Part shown: positions 1 through 519 of the stretch, piece by piece
Position numbering within the stretch: the first letter of the stretch is position 1
Layout of the letters: each line of letters opens with the position of its first letter
Sequence record: L26375.1
Origin: a phage
Direction: 5' to 3' (one strand)
DNA: 519 bases
Notes under the pieces: generated by a model
Seen by the model: only the letters and a program-made list of their open reading frames with translations
What the model was told of the DNA's origin: nothing
Database searches by the model: none
Translations under genes and position numbers: made by a program

Positions 1-85
1 GACAGTGAGTCACCACATTGAAAGATGATGCGGTCTAACGAAACCTGACCTAAGACGCTCTTTAACAATCTGGTAAATAGCTCTT

Positions 86-155
86 GAGTGCATGACTAGC
101 GGATAATTCAAGGATATCGTAAGGTGCCCTTTATGATATTCACTAATAACTGCAC
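86..155 (+). promoter_or_regulatory. Probable RNase III processing site (T7 R0.3 equivalent) in the leader; approximate boundaries
   Basis: By established T7 biology, the 0.3 mRNA 5' end is generated by RNase III cleavage about 35 nt upstream of the start codon, which maps here to about 130..136. In the sequence, a 9-position stem with a GUAA tetraloop spans 110..131, with pairs C118-G123, U117-G124, A116-U125, U115-G126, G113-C128, G112-C129, A111-U130, A110-U131 and one A114.C127 mismatch. A possible lower stem pairs GUGCA 88..92 with UGCAC 151..155. The lower-stem assignment and the boundaries are tentative. Confidence 0.5.
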
Positions 156-160
156 GAGGT
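156..160 (+). promoter_or_regulatory. Shine-Dalgarno ribosome-binding site for ocr
   Basis: GAGGT at 156..160 is complementary to the 16S rRNA 3' end. An 8-nt spacer (AACACAAG, 161..168) separates it from the ATG at 169..171, which is near-optimal geometry. Confidence 0.85.
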
Positions 161-168
161 AACACAAG

Positions 169-519
169 ATGGCTATGTTTAACATGACTTACAACAACGT
201 TTTCGACCACGCTTACGAAATGCTGAAAGAAAATATCCGTTATGATGACATCCGTGACACTGATGACCTGCACGATGCTATTCACATGACTGTCGATAAT
301 GCAGTTCCGCACTACTACGCTGACATCTTTAGCGTAATGGCAAGTGAGGGCATTGACCTTGAGTTCGAAGACTCTGGTCTGATGCCTAACACCAAGGACG
401 TAATCCGCATCCTGCAAGCGCGTATCTATGAGCAATTAACGATTGACCTCTGGGAAGACGCAGAAGACTTGCTCAATGAATACTTGGAGGAAGTCGAGGA
501 GTACGAGGAGGATGAAGAG
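169..519 (+). CDS. ocr: Ocr (gene 0.3 protein), DNA-mimic anti-restriction protein inhibiting type I restriction-modification; 117 sense codons, 3'-partial only in that the stop codon lies beyond the window
   Basis: The frame is open from ATG 169 to the last base of the window. My translation is [117 protein letters not shown]. This matches the T7 Ocr sequence as I recall it at all but four positions, including the acidic C-terminal tail [11 protein letters not shown]. It has a strong SD at the correct spacing and codon usage typical of well-expressed E. coli/T7 genes (CTG, CGT, GAC, AAC, ATC). Recalled T7 Ocr is 117 aa, so the stop should be the next codon after 519. Confidence 0.95.
   Translation, partial: MAMFNMTYNNVFDHAYEMLKENIRYDDIRDTDDLHDAIHMTVDNAVPHYYADIFSVMASEGIDLEFEDSGLMPNTKDVIRILQARIYEQLTIDLWEDAEDLLNEYLEEVEEYEEDEE

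Larger units (their letters stand above)
1..168 (+). other. 5' untranslated leader of the phage early transcript (T7-like early region between the last early promoter and gene 0.3)
   Basis: No plus-strand ORF with a credible start and ribosome-binding site lies upstream of 169. The sequence closely resembles my recollection of the T7 segment between the A3 promoter start and gene 0.3. No -35/-10 pair is evident inside the window. Confidence 0.6.

Noticed and set aside
18-111. Scattered sigma70-like hexamers (TTGAAA 18..23, TTGAGT 83..88, TAATTC/ATAATT near 103..109)
   Set aside because: None forms a -35/-10 pair with 16-18 bp spacing and acceptable matches at both elements. These are most likely chance occurrences in an AT-moderate leader.
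113-118. GATATC (EcoRV) palindrome inside the leader hairpin
   Set aside because: A single 6-bp palindrome is expected by chance at this scale. It is better explained as part of the RNA hairpin stem than as a meaningful restriction or operator site.
175-186. Alternative in-frame start codons at Met3 (175..177) and Met6 (184..186)
   Set aside because: The SD GAGGT at 156..160 is optimally spaced for the ATG at 169, and the N-terminus MAM... matches T7 Ocr. The downstream ATGs would have 14 nt or more of spacing from the SD.
10-435. Minus-strand 141-aa ORF from the supplied six-frame track ([16 protein letters not shown]...)
   Set aside because: It lies antisense to the strongly supported ocr CDS and leader. 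It has no recognisable protein features and no good ribosome-binding site in proper context. T7 early genes are all on the plus strand. A long antisense open frame opposite a real gene is a common artefact.
169-519. Possibility that gene 0.3 here is the T3-type SAM hydrolase (SAMase) version
   Set aside because: The translated sequence matches the T7 Ocr type, including the acidic tail and the HYYADIF region, not the unrelated T3 SAMase.
1-519. CRISPR array, tRNA, or mobile-element termini
   Set aside because: There are no direct repeats with regular spacers, no cloverleaf-compatible tRNA-like segment, and no terminal inverted repeats. The only repetitiveness is the coding GAG/GAA acidic tail.

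Overview
This window is the early-region start of a T7-group coliphage, and the plus strand carries an essentially complete gene 0.3 (ocr) at 169..519. The 117 sense codons match, from memory, the T7 Ocr DNA-mimic anti-restriction protein at about 113 of 117 residues; the stop codon must lie just past the window end. Upstream are a strong Shine-Dalgarno (GAGGT, 156..160) and an untranslated leader (1..168) that by T7 homology contains the R0.3 RNase III processing site, including a GNRA-tetraloop hairpin at 110..131. No promoter is present, so transcription must enter from upstream. The minus-strand ORF at 10..435 in the supplied track is an antisense shadow of ocr, not a gene. This is a well-characterised anti-defence gene, not an undescribed system. 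The notable points are four amino-acid differences from canonical T7 Ocr (S4F, A41T, A42V, D74N), all of which are G:C->A:T transitions, and a base change that puts an A.C mismatch into the processing hairpin. All comparisons to T7 are recalled, not computed, and need alignment to confirm.
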